Shown here piece after piece: positions 1-9,416 of a stretch of 51,105 nt of DNA. Position numbers and translations under genes: made by a program. Source of the stretch: Sphaerochaetaceae bacterium (GTDB taxonomy: Bacteria > Bacteroidota > Bacteroidia > Bacteroidales > Bacteroidaceae); the NCBI GenBank assembly GCA_963660455.1, contig CAVKZC010000001.1, positions 1 through 51,105 of the forward strand, in the 5' to 3' direction. Within the stretch, counting starts at the first letter, position 1; every line of letters starts with the position of its first letter. The notes beneath the pieces are model-generated. The model did not search any database and was not told the origin of the DNA. It saw only the letters and a list, made by a program, of their open reading frames with translations.

Positions 1-113
1 CTCCCCGCACACGAGGGGAGAAAAAGTCACGAGATAATGAACTACGTGAAATAAAGATAAAAAGGTAAAAAGGGCATACGCCACAAAGGGCGATTAAAGG
101 AAAAATAAGAACG

Positions 114-2057
114 ATGATAGACAGGCCAACGATAAACCGCATCATGGATGCCACTAAGATAGAAGAGGTGGTGTCCGAATTCGTGACGCTCAAGAAACGG
201 GGCGTCAACTACATCGGTCTTTGTCCCTTCCACAACGACTCGCATCCCTCGTTCTCCGTCTCCCCTACACGTGGCATCTGCCACTGCTTCACCTGCGGAA
301 AGGGCGGCAATGCCGTCAACTTTCTCATGGAGCTGGAGCAGATGACCTATCCCGACGCTCTGCGATGGTTGGCACGCAAGTACAACATCGAGATACAGGA
401 ACGCGAGCTCTCCGACGAGGAGAAACAACGCGAGAGCGAGCGAGAGTCTATGTTCATCGTCAACGAGTGGGCTGCCAAGTACTTCCAATCCATCCTCCAG
501 GAAGATGTCGACGGACGTGCCATCGGCATGCAGTATTTCCGAAGCCGAGGCTTCCGCGACGACATCATACGCAAGTTCCAGTTGGGCTTCTCCCTCTCCA
601 GTCGCACCGCCACCGCCGATGCTGCCGTCAAGGCCGGCTACAATCCCCGCTTTCTGGCAGCCACCGGTGTCCTTATAGCCAGCGACAAGGAGCCGGGCAC
701 CTACTTCGACCGCTTCTCAGGACGTGCCATCTTCCCTTGGCTCAGCGTCAGCGGAAAGGTAGTGGCATTCGGTGGACGTGTGCTCGATAGCCGCACCAAG
801 GGTGTCAACCAAAAGTATGTCAACTCCCCCGACAGCGAAATCTACCACAAGGAGCGCGAGCTTTACGGACTCTACCAGGCCAAGAAGGCCATAGCCAAGG
901 AAGACTGCGTCTTCATGGTGGAGGGCTACACCGACGTCATCTCCATGCACCAGTGTGGCATAGAGAATGTCGTGGCCAACTCCGGTACGGCGCTCAGCGT
1001 CTACCAGATAAGGCTCCTCCATCGCTTCACCGACAACATCGTACTCCTCTACGACGGCGATGCGGCTGGCGAACATGCCGCTCTGCGCGGTACCGACATG
1101 CTCCTTGAGGAGGAGATGAACGTTAAAGTACTCTTTCTGCCCGACGGCAACGATCCCGACAGCTTTGCACGCAGCCATACGGCAGAAGACTTCCGCAAGT
1201 ACATCACCGAGCACCAGACCGACTTCATCCAGTTCAAGACCGACCGCCTGCTCAAGGGCGTCACCGACCCCGTCAAGCGCAGCCAGGCCATCAACTCCAT
1301 CGTAGAGAGCATCTCCAAGATAAAGAACCAGATAACGCGTGCAGCCTACATCACCGACTGCTCCCACCGCCTCGGCGTCAACGAGGCCATCATCGTCAAT
1401 GCCCTCAACAATTTCGTGCGCAACGGACTGAGCGAGCAGGTGCGCGAGGAACGACGTGCTGCCGGCCTGTCCGCGCCGCAACAGGGTGCTGCCACCACGT
1501 CACCCGCAAGCAATCAGGCAGCAGGCGTGTCGCCCCTCGACAAGTTGCTCAGGGTAGAGACGCTCCTCGTCCAGACCGTGCTCCACCACGGAGAGGAGTG
1601 CATCACCGTGAAAGACTGCGACGAGAACGACGTAAAGCTGCCCCTCGCCCAGTACGTCAGCCTCGACATGGCTGGCGACGGTTTCCGGTTCCACAACGAG
1701 TTGTACAACCGCATACTGCAGGAGGCCGTCGACCACCTCAACGACGAGGAGTTCAGGGCGGAGACTTATTTCGCCAACCACCCCGACCCCGAGGTGAGCA
1801 AGTTGGCGGGCATGATGACGGGACAGCCGGAGGTATCCACCGCCAGCCTCCAGATGAAGATGAACCCTGAAAAACTGCGACAGCTCGTACAGAAAGACCT
1901 CCTCAGCTTCCGCACACACTACATAGCCCAGCGACTCGTGGAGGTGCAACAGGAGTTTGCCGCCAACCCCACCAATATGGAACTTGTAGCAGAGTTCTCA
2001 CGCCTCAAGCAGATGAATAGTCTGCTGGCCAACCAGTCCAACCTTATCTTCAACTAA
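114..2057 (+). CDS. dnaG: DNA primase
   Basis: N-terminal CHC2 zinc finger (CPFH...CHCFTC), KYVNSP motif, TOPRIM motifs VEGYTDV, YDGDAAG and DPD. Confidence 0.97.
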   Translation: MIDRPTINRIMDATKIEEVVSEFVTLKKRGVNYIGLCPFHNDSHPSFSVSPTRGICHCFTCGKGGNAVNFLMELEQMTYPDALRWLARKYNIEIQERELSDEEKQRESERESMFIVNEWAAKYFQSILQEDVDGRAIGMQYFRSRGFRDDIIRKFQLGFSLSSRTATADAAVKAGYNPRFLAATGVLIASDKEPGTYFDRFSGRAIFPWLSVSGKVVAFGGRVLDSRTKGVNQKYVNSPDSEIYHKERELYGLYQAKKAIAKEDCVFMVEGYTDVISMHQCGIENVVANSGTALSVYQIRLLHRFTDNIVLLYDGDAAGEHAALRGTDMLLEEEMNVKVLFLPDGNDPDSFARSHTAEDFRKYITEHQTDFIQFKTDRLLKGVTDPVKRSQAINSIVESISKIKNQITRAAYITDCSHRLGVNEAIIVNALNNFVRNGLSEQVREERRAAGLSAPQQGAATTSPASNQAAGVSPLDKLLRVETLLVQTVLHHGEECITVKDCDENDVKLPLAQYVSLDMAGDGFRFHNELYNRILQEAVDHLNDEEFRAETYFANHPDPEVSKLAGMMTGQPEVSTASLQMKMNPEKLRQLVQKDLLSFRTHYIAQRLVEVQQEFAANPTNMELVAEFSRLKQMNSLLANQSNLIFN

Positions 2058-2059
2058 GC

Positions 2060-3484
2060 ATGATCAATATCCACTGGCTCTTCTTGCTCGCCTGGCTGGC
2101 CGTCACACTGCCCGCCATCGTGGCAGTGCTCATGGACAACAGGCAACCCGCCAAGACCATGGCGTGGATACTCCTGCTCGTGTTCATGCCCTATGCCGGA
2201 CTGGTGCTCTATTTCTTCTTCGGCCAGAACGTGCGCAAGCAGCGCCTCATCAGCAAGCGTTCCATGGACCAGCTCACGAAGCGCTCCATGCTCGAGTTTG
2301 CCGAGCAGGAAAACCTCCATCTGCCCGAAGACGGGCAACCCCTCATGCGCCTTTTCACCAACCAGAACTGGGCACTTCCGTTCAAGGACAACCGCGTGGA
2401 CATCTTCACCTCCGGTGCCGATTTTATCCTTTCCTTGCTTCAGGCCATCGGCTCAGCCAGCCACCACATCCACCTCGACACATACATTATCGAGGACGAT
2501 GCCCTGGGGCGCCTTGTGGCCGATGCCTTGGCCGACAAGGCACGGCAGGGCGTGGAGGTACGCCTCGTCTACGACGATGTGGGGTGCTGGCGTGTGAGCG
2601 ATGCCTTCTTCGAGCGGTTGCGCGATGCAGGCGTAGAGGTGCATGCCTTCATGCCCGTCCGTTTTCCTGCCTTCACCAGCAAGGTAAACTACCGCAACCA
2701 CCGCAAGCTTTGCGTCGTGGACGGTAGGGTAGGGTACATAGGCGGCATGAACATCGCCCTGCGCTATGTGCGGGGGGTAAAAGGGCAGCCCTGGCGCGAC
2801 ACCCACCTGCGCATCGAGGGCGGAGGAGTCTACGCCATACAGCGCGCCTTCCTCGTTGACTGGTATTTCGTCGACCGTACCCTTATCACCGACCGCTGCT
2901 ATTATCCCCCTGTAGACGAAGGGCTGCGCAACGACTGCCTCGTGCAGGTAGTGACGGCCAGCCCCATCACCCTCTGGCCCGATATCATGCAGGGCTACGT
3001 ACGCATCCTCCTCCAAGCACGCCGCTACGTGTACATCGAGACGCCTTACTTCCTGCCCACCGAGCCTGTACTCTTCGCCCTCCGCACGGCAGCTCTCTCT
3101 GGTGTGGACGTCAGACTGATGGTTCCCGGCCATACCGACGCGCGACTGGTGGAGTGGGCGTCACGCTCTTACCTCATGGAGGCCATAGAGGCAGGCGTCA
3201 AGGTTTATCTCTACCGCGAGGGATTCAACCACAGCAAGCTGCTCGTCACCGACGACTGCTTGAGCACGTGCGGCAGCACGAATGTCGATTTCCGTAGCTT
3301 CGAGAACAATTTCGAGGCCAATGCCTTCTTCTACGACCGTACTATGGCGCTGCGCATCAAGGACATCTTCCTTGCCGATCAGCGTTGCTGCCGCCTTGTT
3401 GACGACGTGTCGTTCTTCGTGAAGCGCTCTTTCCTCAAGCGCCTCTTCGAGTCGGTGGTGCGATTGCTCTCCCCATTGTTGTAA
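2060..3484 (+). CDS. cls: Cardiolipin synthase (phospholipase D family)
   Basis: Two N-terminal TM helices and two HKD motifs (NHRKLCVVD; NHSKLLVTD); starts 2 bp after the dnaG stop. Confidence 0.95.
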   Translation: MINIHWLFLLAWLAVTLPAIVAVLMDNRQPAKTMAWILLLVFMPYAGLVLYFFFGQNVRKQRLISKRSMDQLTKRSMLEFAEQENLHLPEDGQPLMRLFTNQNWALPFKDNRVDIFTSGADFILSLLQAIGSASHHIHLDTYIIEDDALGRLVADALADKARQGVEVRLVYDDVGCWRVSDAFFERLRDAGVEVHAFMPVRFPAFTSKVNYRNHRKLCVVDGRVGYIGGMNIALRYVRGVKGQPWRDTHLRIEGGGVYAIQRAFLVDWYFVDRTLITDRCYYPPVDEGLRNDCLVQVVTASPITLWPDIMQGYVRILLQARRYVYIETPYFLPTEPVLFALRTAALSGVDVRLMVPGHTDARLVEWASRSYLMEAIEAGVKVYLYREGFNHSKLLVTDDCLSTCGSTNVDFRSFENNFEANAFFYDRTMALRIKDIFLADQRCCRLVDDVSFFVKRSFLKRLFESVVRLLSPLL

Positions 3485-3631
3485 ACTCCTTCTGTATCTT
3501 TAATCAAGTCACGACTTTGATTCCCGTGAAAGAGGCTTATTGGAGTCGAACAATGCACTTGGCAGAATCACCAAGAGAAAAGGAAGGAAGAAAAGAGAGA
3601 AAATCCGCTTGGTCATCGAAAGTGAGAAAAT

Positions 3632-3664
3632 AAAAAAAAGCGATGACCTTCACAGGCTATCGCT
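3632..3664 (-). terminator. Intrinsic terminator of the candidate sRNA
   Basis: Minus strand AGCGAT-AGCCT-GTGA-AGGTC-ATCGCT followed by TTTTTTT. Confidence 0.75.
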
Positions 3665-3720
3665 CCAAATCTTCAATAGGTATTAGTCTTTTTAAGGTAA
3701 AAAGATTGTTTCAGGATAAC
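3632..3720 (-). ncRNA. Candidate ~90 nt small RNA (5' end approximate)
   Basis: Consensus Bacteroidota promoter directly upstream, internal hairpin TCTTTTTA-CCT-TAAAAAGA, terminator hairpin with GTGA loop followed by T8; no ATG in the predicted transcript. Confidence 0.65.
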
Positions 3721-3725
3721 GGATT

Positions 3726-3757
3726 CAAAGTTAGCATTTTTTTGCGGTTCTGCCAAA
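3726..3757 (-). promoter_or_regulatory. Bacteroidota primary-sigma promoter (-33 TTTG / -7 TAACTTTG)
   Basis: Minus strand TTTG (3757-3754), 20 nt spacer, TAACTTTG (3733-3726). Confidence 0.75.
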
Positions 3758-4015
3758 TGTTTTGACGCAAAAAATTCTCGTTCTCAATTGTGTTCCCACA
3801 CAACTTTGTTTTTTAACTCATATTAACGACGTAGGTCGTCTGTACACTCGTAATTTGTGTCTCATTAGATGATTTGTTCAATTCTAAGAGCTTTGTACGT
3901 AGATGGGGGATTTCCTAAAAAGCCTATTTATCATAATGGTCGTTAGTTTCAATAAGAATAGAAGTAAAATGGTCGTCTCAGAATGGCAAAATCCTAACTC
4001 ATGCAAAAACGCAAC

Positions 4016-6982
4016 CTAACTCATACAAAGCGCAGCAAAAGCGCATGAATTACAGCGTGAAGAGTCTTCTGTGGGTGAAAAAGGCACAGATGGGTCGCAT
4101 ATTTCGGAAATGAGCGCTTGTAGGCAATCCTTGAAGTCGTCTGCATATACAGAAGCGTCAACGATAGGATTTTTGCCGAAACGGATTGTCGGGTCGTAAT
4201 CTGCGGCTCCTGTTTGCTGGACAAACATCAGTCCTGGGCTTACCGGGCAATGCGCAGGATTCAATTGCTCGTCTTGTGCCACAATGAGCGAATAAAGCAG
4301 CGTCTGCAGGTAATAGTCTGAGTGGTATTTCAACTGGTTAGAGTCAAAGACCGCATTAACATCCTTAGGATGCGTATTGCTGTCTCGCCCTGTTTTATAG
4401 TCTATTATACGAATACGATGCGGTACTTGCGCGACATCTCTCCCAGAACTTAACGCATTGTCATCGGTGCCTGATGCCTTGCGGCCAGCATTTGCCGTTA
4501 CGGCATCAAGTCTGTCAATGATGCCGCCAATCGTTATGGTGCGTATTCCAGACGGAGTATTTACAGTAAGTTTTGCAGACACATGCTTTTCCAGGCCGAT
4601 AACAGTAATGGGTGCAAATCGCAAGTCCACTTCAAGCATTTTGTGCAGATAGCGTATAACCACTTGTTTATTAATACGTTGCAGGCCATTATAGTCGGGT
4701 GTTTTGTCCGATGTCTTATACATCTGTTCCGCAAAAGCCTGATCAACAAGTCTTTCAAGCAATTTCTGGTTGCCAGCCTGAGTTTTCAGCGCTTCATGGC
4801 CGATGACTATGGGACGGCAAAGTTCCTCCTCGCCTTTCTTGTTGAGCCTGATGTCCGAAGAGGCTGCAAAGTGAAGGTAAAAGAGTTGAGCGGCTCTATG
4901 GAAAATAAGTCCGAAATGGCGGCTGTCTATTTCGTCGGCTATCTCCTCCGGCTCCTTCAGTCCCATGATGTAGCGGTAATAATAGTGCAGCGGACACCTT
5001 ATGTATGTACAGAGCGACGAAGGCGAGATGGTTCTATTGTCCATCAAGTCATCCACCATCTGTTGGGTTTTCTGCTTCGTTTCAATACATTTTGTCAACG
5101 GAGCCTGTCCAGTTTCCATGCTGATGCGCCGTATAGCATAACCGCTCTCCACAGCAAGTTGCAACATAAAGCGGCTCATCTCTCCCATATGCCCATCGCG
5201 AGTGGCGTTGTTGTATGCCAAGGTGATGTCTCCAGCCCGTTGCAGCATACGATGGAAGTAGTAGGCATAGATAGCCACTTTATGGTCAATCGTGGTAAGT
5301 CCATAAGCCTTGCGCAAGGAGTATGGAATGAAGGAAGCGTCGTTTACGCCTTTGGGCAAGTTGCCTTCATTGCACGACAGGACAAGCATGTGGTCGAAAT
5401 CGAGATTACGTGTCTCGAGTATGCCCATTACCTGTATACCCTCAGCCGGTTCGCCGTGGAACGGGATAGACGTGGTGGTGAAGAGTTGCTGGAGCAATCG
5501 CTCGAAGGTTACGGTGTCTACTGTAAGGTCTCCCGAATCCATCAATTCAACAAGTCGGTTGACAAGAGTGTAAGTCCGGAATAAAGACTCCTGAAAGAGA
5601 GCATCCCCCCCGCCCACTGCGTTCGTCCCCACAAGACGCAACACATGAAGCAGATAGTTGGCAAGCGCCTTGTTGAAAGACTCCTTGTCGGCAGGCATCT
5701 GCGTGAAAAGCAGTTGTAACCCCTCGTCGGCCTTGTCGGTCAACAACTGCCGTGTAGGAAAAAATATTTTTTCGGTGTTCAGGCGGTCAGCCAAAGCGGT
5801 GCAATTAGGCGAGATATATGGTGCATAGGGGTGTCGGAGAATCTTGTTGACGAACTTGAGCCTATAGGCATCTCCCTTGATTCGAACACCCAGCGTCTGC
5901 AAATTAACCAATTGCTGGACAAGACTGTAGAAAGGAGTCAAAGCCAAAGGATAACCCAAAGTGACATTGACACATCCCGTCTCTTCAGGCAACGCATGGA
6001 TGACGGATGGTAGCAGACTCTCGTCTGCCAGTACGATGGCGGTGCGCCTTCCAGCCTTGTAGCGTTCATTCTCCTTGAGCCACGTATGAACGTAGCACGC
6101 CTGAATGTGTTCTGTAGTTGCCGCAGCAAAGGTAATGTCTTTAGGGTTCTTCATGTTGCCGTATGCTTCGGCATGCATAGTTGCGGGCAATTCGTTGGGG
6201 AACGCGCCGAGATACTGGCGTATGTAGTGTCCGGCCTCGTTGTCGGACGCCATATAGTAGTCGTCGTAATCCCAGTAGAAAGCAGCCTTTCCTTCCTGTA
6301 CGAGTCTTTGGCAGAGCAGACTTTCCACCTTCTGCATCATGTTAAACCCGACGAAGAGATATTTGTCGTATACAAAACTCACGTTCTTGTCTTCCGCCAC
6401 TTTGCGGTAGAGCATGCCCTCGTAGGCGAGTCCCTGCGTAGAAAGTCGTCCGTTATAGTCGTGGTAGATATCCAGAAAATGGCTCCATAGCTGCAGAAAA
6501 CGCTGTTTCAGTTCGGTATTGTGCTCGTCAGAGAAATTGCTGAAAAATTTCTTGATGATTGCCTTCTGGTCTTCAGAAAGATAAGAAATATCATCCAGTT
6601 CGTGAATATCACGCAGGTTGGCGAATAGCTTGTCAGCATCAGCCATATTCTTGTCCACGTCATCGAAGTCGGCAATGAGCAGCTGTCCCCAACCATAGAA
6701 ATGGTCGAGCGTCTCGCTTATACCCGTACACTTTACAAAACTGCGGTGCATGTCGCACACCAGTTTGATAGGGTCACCCACCTTCAGAGCGCTGTGGTGC
6801 CTGAAAAGGTCACTGATGGTAATGTACGCCGGGCTCCACAAGGGTTTACCGGCCAAGCGTGCCAGTTCTTCGTTGAGGAAGAGTGAAGCTCGCTTGTTTG
6901 GGAAAACGACGGCGATATTACTCAGGTTAGTGCCGTATTTGGCAAGAATGTCTTCTGCTACGTATCTGAGAAATGGAGTCAT
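4016..6982 (-). CDS. AddB-like PD-(D/E)XK nuclease / inactive helicase subunit (AddAB recombination complex)
   Basis: N-terminal VVFPNKRA motif, degenerate helicase motif QVMGILETRNLDF, C-terminal nuclease (ISPSSL..YIRCP, GIIDRLD, IIDYKTG, LQTLLY), and a Cys set (CP...CxxC...C) typical of the AddB 4Fe-4S staple. Confidence 0.88.
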   Translation of the reverse strand: MTPFLRYVAEDILAKYGTNLSNIAVVFPNKRASLFLNEELARLAGKPLWSPAYITISDLFRHHSALKVGDPIKLVCDMHRSFVKCTGISETLDHFYGWGQLLIADFDDVDKNMADADKLFANLRDIHELDDISYLSEDQKAIIKKFFSNFSDEHNTELKQRFLQLWSHFLDIYHDYNGRLSTQGLAYEGMLYRKVAEDKNVSFVYDKYLFVGFNMMQKVESLLCQRLVQEGKAAFYWDYDDYYMASDNEAGHYIRQYLGAFPNELPATMHAEAYGNMKNPKDITFAAATTEHIQACYVHTWLKENERYKAGRRTAIVLADESLLPSVIHALPEETGCVNVTLGYPLALTPFYSLVQQLVNLQTLGVRIKGDAYRLKFVNKILRHPYAPYISPNCTALADRLNTEKIFFPTRQLLTDKADEGLQLLFTQMPADKESFNKALANYLLHVLRLVGTNAVGGGDALFQESLFRTYTLVNRLVELMDSGDLTVDTVTFERLLQQLFTTTSIPFHGEPAEGIQVMGILETRNLDFDHMLVLSCNEGNLPKGVNDASFIPYSLRKAYGLTTIDHKVAIYAYYFHRMLQRAGDITLAYNNATRDGHMGEMSRFMLQLAVESGYAIRRISMETGQAPLTKCIETKQKTQQMVDDLMDNRTISPSSLCTYIRCPLHYYYRYIMGLKEPEEIADEIDSRHFGLIFHRAAQLFYLHFAASSDIRLNKKGEEELCRPIVIGHEALKTQAGNQKLLERLVDQAFAEQMYKTSDKTPDYNGLQRINKQVVIRYLHKMLEVDLRFAPITVIGLEKHVSAKLTVNTPSGIRTITIGGIIDRLDAVTANAGRKASGTDDNALSSGRDVAQVPHRIRIIDYKTGRDSNTHPKDVNAVFDSNQLKYHSDYYLQTLLYSLIVAQDEQLNPAHCPVSPGLMFVQQTGAADYDPTIRFGKNPIVDASVYADDFKDCLQALISEICDPSVPFSPTEDSSRCNSCAFAALCMS

Positions 6983-6989
6983 ATATTAC

Positions 6990-8252
6990 TTATTGTTTCT
7001 TACTTTTGTTCATGTCTCTCACAATGGCATCTATCTCATCGAACTCAGTACCCTTGTTCAGATTGAGATAAATAGTATAGAGCGGCAATGCCCACTTCGA
7101 TTTTTCCTTTGGCGCCATTTTGCGGTAACGCTCCAGGTAAGGCAACGCCTTCTGGTAATAGGCAGTAACCTCAGAGCGCTGTTTGCGCGAGAGCTGATTG
7201 TTCTTGTCGAGAGCCACAGCCATGTTGAAATTGGCGAGTCCGGCATTGTAGTACGATTCTACCAGGGTGTCGTTGCGCTGGAGAAGTGCTTCGCTGATGT
7301 CCAGGCTCTCCTTGTTCTTGCCTTGCGACAGGAGGAGCGTACTCTTGGTGTAGAGGTAAAGTTCGCTTTGCGAGTCGGCCTCCAGTGCACGGTCCACAAT
7401 GTTCATGGCAGAGTCGAGCTTTGCCTCTTCCGCGTAAAACTCAACCAGCCGCGGGAAGAAGAACGGGAACTTGGGCGAATGGGCGAAACCATCCCTCAGA
7501 GTCTGCACATAACGTGCGGTATCCTTCTCCAGCTTGTATGTCTCTGCAAGAAACTGCAACATATAGTCGTAGTGGGCGGTGTCCTTGAGAGCTTCGTATG
7601 AATGGTGAAGCGTAGCTTTGGCATCATTCATCTTGTATCCGCAGTATACCGCCCAATAAGCAGCCACTGGCAAACGCTTGTCTTGCTCCTGGTAATGGAA
7701 GTCTCGGAACATAGGCTTGTTGGCGCAGGCAATGTAGCTGTCAAAGAAGCGATATGCTTCTGCATAGTTTTTCTTGCGAATGAACCATGCGCCTCCGTTG
7801 TACAGGTTGGGGCGAATCTGCCCAAGAAATTCGGCATGCGGCTTGCGATATTCCAGTTCCACCCTACCCTTCTTGTCCGGACACATCTCTACGGAGTCGA
7901 GTCCGCCGGCAATCTCAAACAACCTCCTCGTGACATTGAAGAGTTTAGCCGTATCGTATTTCTGCTTGAGGTAAAGCTGTTCGTTGCCCTGCTCGTATTG
8001 CTTGCGCACGGCATCATAGAGCACCACCCATATCTTCTTGTTGTTCCTGTTGGCAGAGTCGGCAAGCAGTTTTTCCATGCTTTTCTGCGCTTTGTCGAGG
8101 TCCTTGCCGGCCTTGACCTGGTCTTTGGCCGTCTGGATGTCCTTTTTCTGTGCCATACAGGGAACAGAGAGACTGCACATACAAAGTATCAGCCATACGA
8201 GGAAGCATGAATAGCGATTTGTTACGTGAATATAATCTTTTGTCCTTGTCAT
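6990..8252 (-). CDS. Exported TPR-like helical repeat protein (start likely at MTRTKD, 8252)
   Basis: Signal-peptide-like N-terminus followed by AQKKDIQTAK; TPR-like helices (YYQKALPYLERY, WALPLYTIYLNL); overlaps the upstream ORF stop. Confidence 0.75.
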   Translation of the reverse strand: MTRTKDYIHVTNRYSCFLVWLILCMCSLSVPCMAQKKDIQTAKDQVKAGKDLDKAQKSMEKLLADSANRNNKKIWVVLYDAVRKQYEQGNEQLYLKQKYDTAKLFNVTRRLFEIAGGLDSVEMCPDKKGRVELEYRKPHAEFLGQIRPNLYNGGAWFIRKKNYAEAYRFFDSYIACANKPMFRDFHYQEQDKRLPVAAYWAVYCGYKMNDAKATLHHSYEALKDTAHYDYMLQFLAETYKLEKDTARYVQTLRDGFAHSPKFPFFFPRLVEFYAEEAKLDSAMNIVDRALEADSQSELYLYTKSTLLLSQGKNKESLDISEALLQRNDTLVESYYNAGLANFNMAVALDKNNQLSRKQRSEVTAYYQKALPYLERYRKMAPKEKSKWALPLYTIYLNLNKGTEFDEIDAIVRDMNKSKKQ

Positions 8253-9415
8253 TGTTTCTTGCCTTGGTTGTCGGCATAGCCGACGTTGTTTTTCCCGCCA
8301 TATTGGTAATAATACCAATAGGTGTTGCCATAGGTGTCGCGTAATGCCGTTTGCTTCTCTATAGGATTGGCATACTTGTGTTCCAGAGCCTGATAGTCCT
8401 GGAAGTCGGCATCCATCACCCCGTCCTTGTAAACCATCACCGGGAAGGTGCGCCGGTGAGCATATAGTACGAGCGCCTCCTTGTAGTGGCGAGGCATCTT
8501 CAAGCTGTCGTTGGCATAGGTACGTTTCACTTCGGCCACAAACCGGTCGAGTTTCTTGTCAAGAAGCAGCGCACACAACTTATAGTCTTTGGGTATGCGG
8601 TACTTCTTTTTGCCGGCGACAGTACCTTGGCATGTTCCGTCGGGCATGAAAGCCGACTCCATCCAGCGTGGAGATTTCCACATCATGGCACGCACAGTAG
8701 TGCCGTCAGGAACCATCGCCCTGCTGCCTCCTACCAAAGGGTAGGTAAACAACTCCTGTCCCATCGTGCCGCAACGGTGCAGGCAAGCAATGCGCAGCAT
8801 GGTGAGTGACGAGTCGGTCTTCTCCGAGCGCTTGCCCACCTCCAGCGCTTCGGCATATTTGCCCTGCATCATAAGCCGCTCCATCTGCAAGCGTTCATGT
8901 AGAATCCTGTCATGGTTTGCAAGCGCCACCACACCCATCATCATCAGCGTAAGCATGAGCACGTTTTGCCACAATTCGCGAGAGAGCCACCCTTCGTGCC
9001 TGGCAGAGGGTTCGAGCGTCTCCATCTGTGTGGAAATCCACGACAAAGTCCCCCACACCGCCAGCACAAGAGGAATCAAGAGCCATCTCCATGTCCAGAC
9101 CTGATGGTGTCCGAAGTTGGCAGGTATCGAAGTGAGAACCGTCATGAGCAGTAGAGACGGCAAGCAGTTGAGCGCATAAAAATAGCGCCTTACATGGAAG
9201 AGTGCAGCCACACCGCGCTGCAACAAGAAAAAGAGCAGCGTAAGCAGCAGAGGCGACACCACATAATGATAGGTGGTGACGCCACCCGACAAAACGTGTT
9301 GCGCCACCGCCAGTAAATCAGCCTGAAACCTGTCCAGGTAGAGATAGGTAAACAGTATGAAGATTATGTCAACGGTGGATCGCATCCCCACCATTCCATC
9401 TTTTTTCTTTCTCAT
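8249..9415 (-). CDS. Hypothetical membrane protein (DUF6057-like; start likely at MRKKK, 9415)
   Basis: About 5 hydrophobic segments, then a soluble domain ending YGNTYWYYY; tightly packed between glgB and the TPR gene. Confidence 0.7.
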   Translation of the reverse strand: MRKKKDGMVGMRSTVDIIFILFTYLYLDRFQADLLAVAQHVLSGGVTTYHYVVSPLLLTLLFFLLQRGVAALFHVRRYFYALNCLPSLLLMTVLTSIPANFGHHQVWTWRWLLIPLVLAVWGTLSWISTQMETLEPSARHEGWLSRELWQNVLMLTLMMMGVVALANHDRILHERLQMERLMMQGKYAEALEVGKRSEKTDSSLTMLRIACLHRCGTMGQELFTYPLVGGSRAMVPDGTTVRAMMWKSPRWMESAFMPDGTCQGTVAGKKKYRIPKDYKLCALLLDKKLDRFVAEVKRTYANDSLKMPRHYKEALVLYAHRRTFPVMVYKDGVMDADFQDYQALEHKYANPIEKQTALRDTYGNTYWYYYQYGGKNNVGYADNQGKKQ

Positions 9416-9416
9416 C

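Noticed and set aside
3553..3633. 26-aa ORF converging on the sRNA, as a possible type I toxin
   Set aside because: The peptide (MHLAESPREKEGRKERKSAWSSKVRK) is hydrophilic with no TM helix and barely overlaps the sRNA
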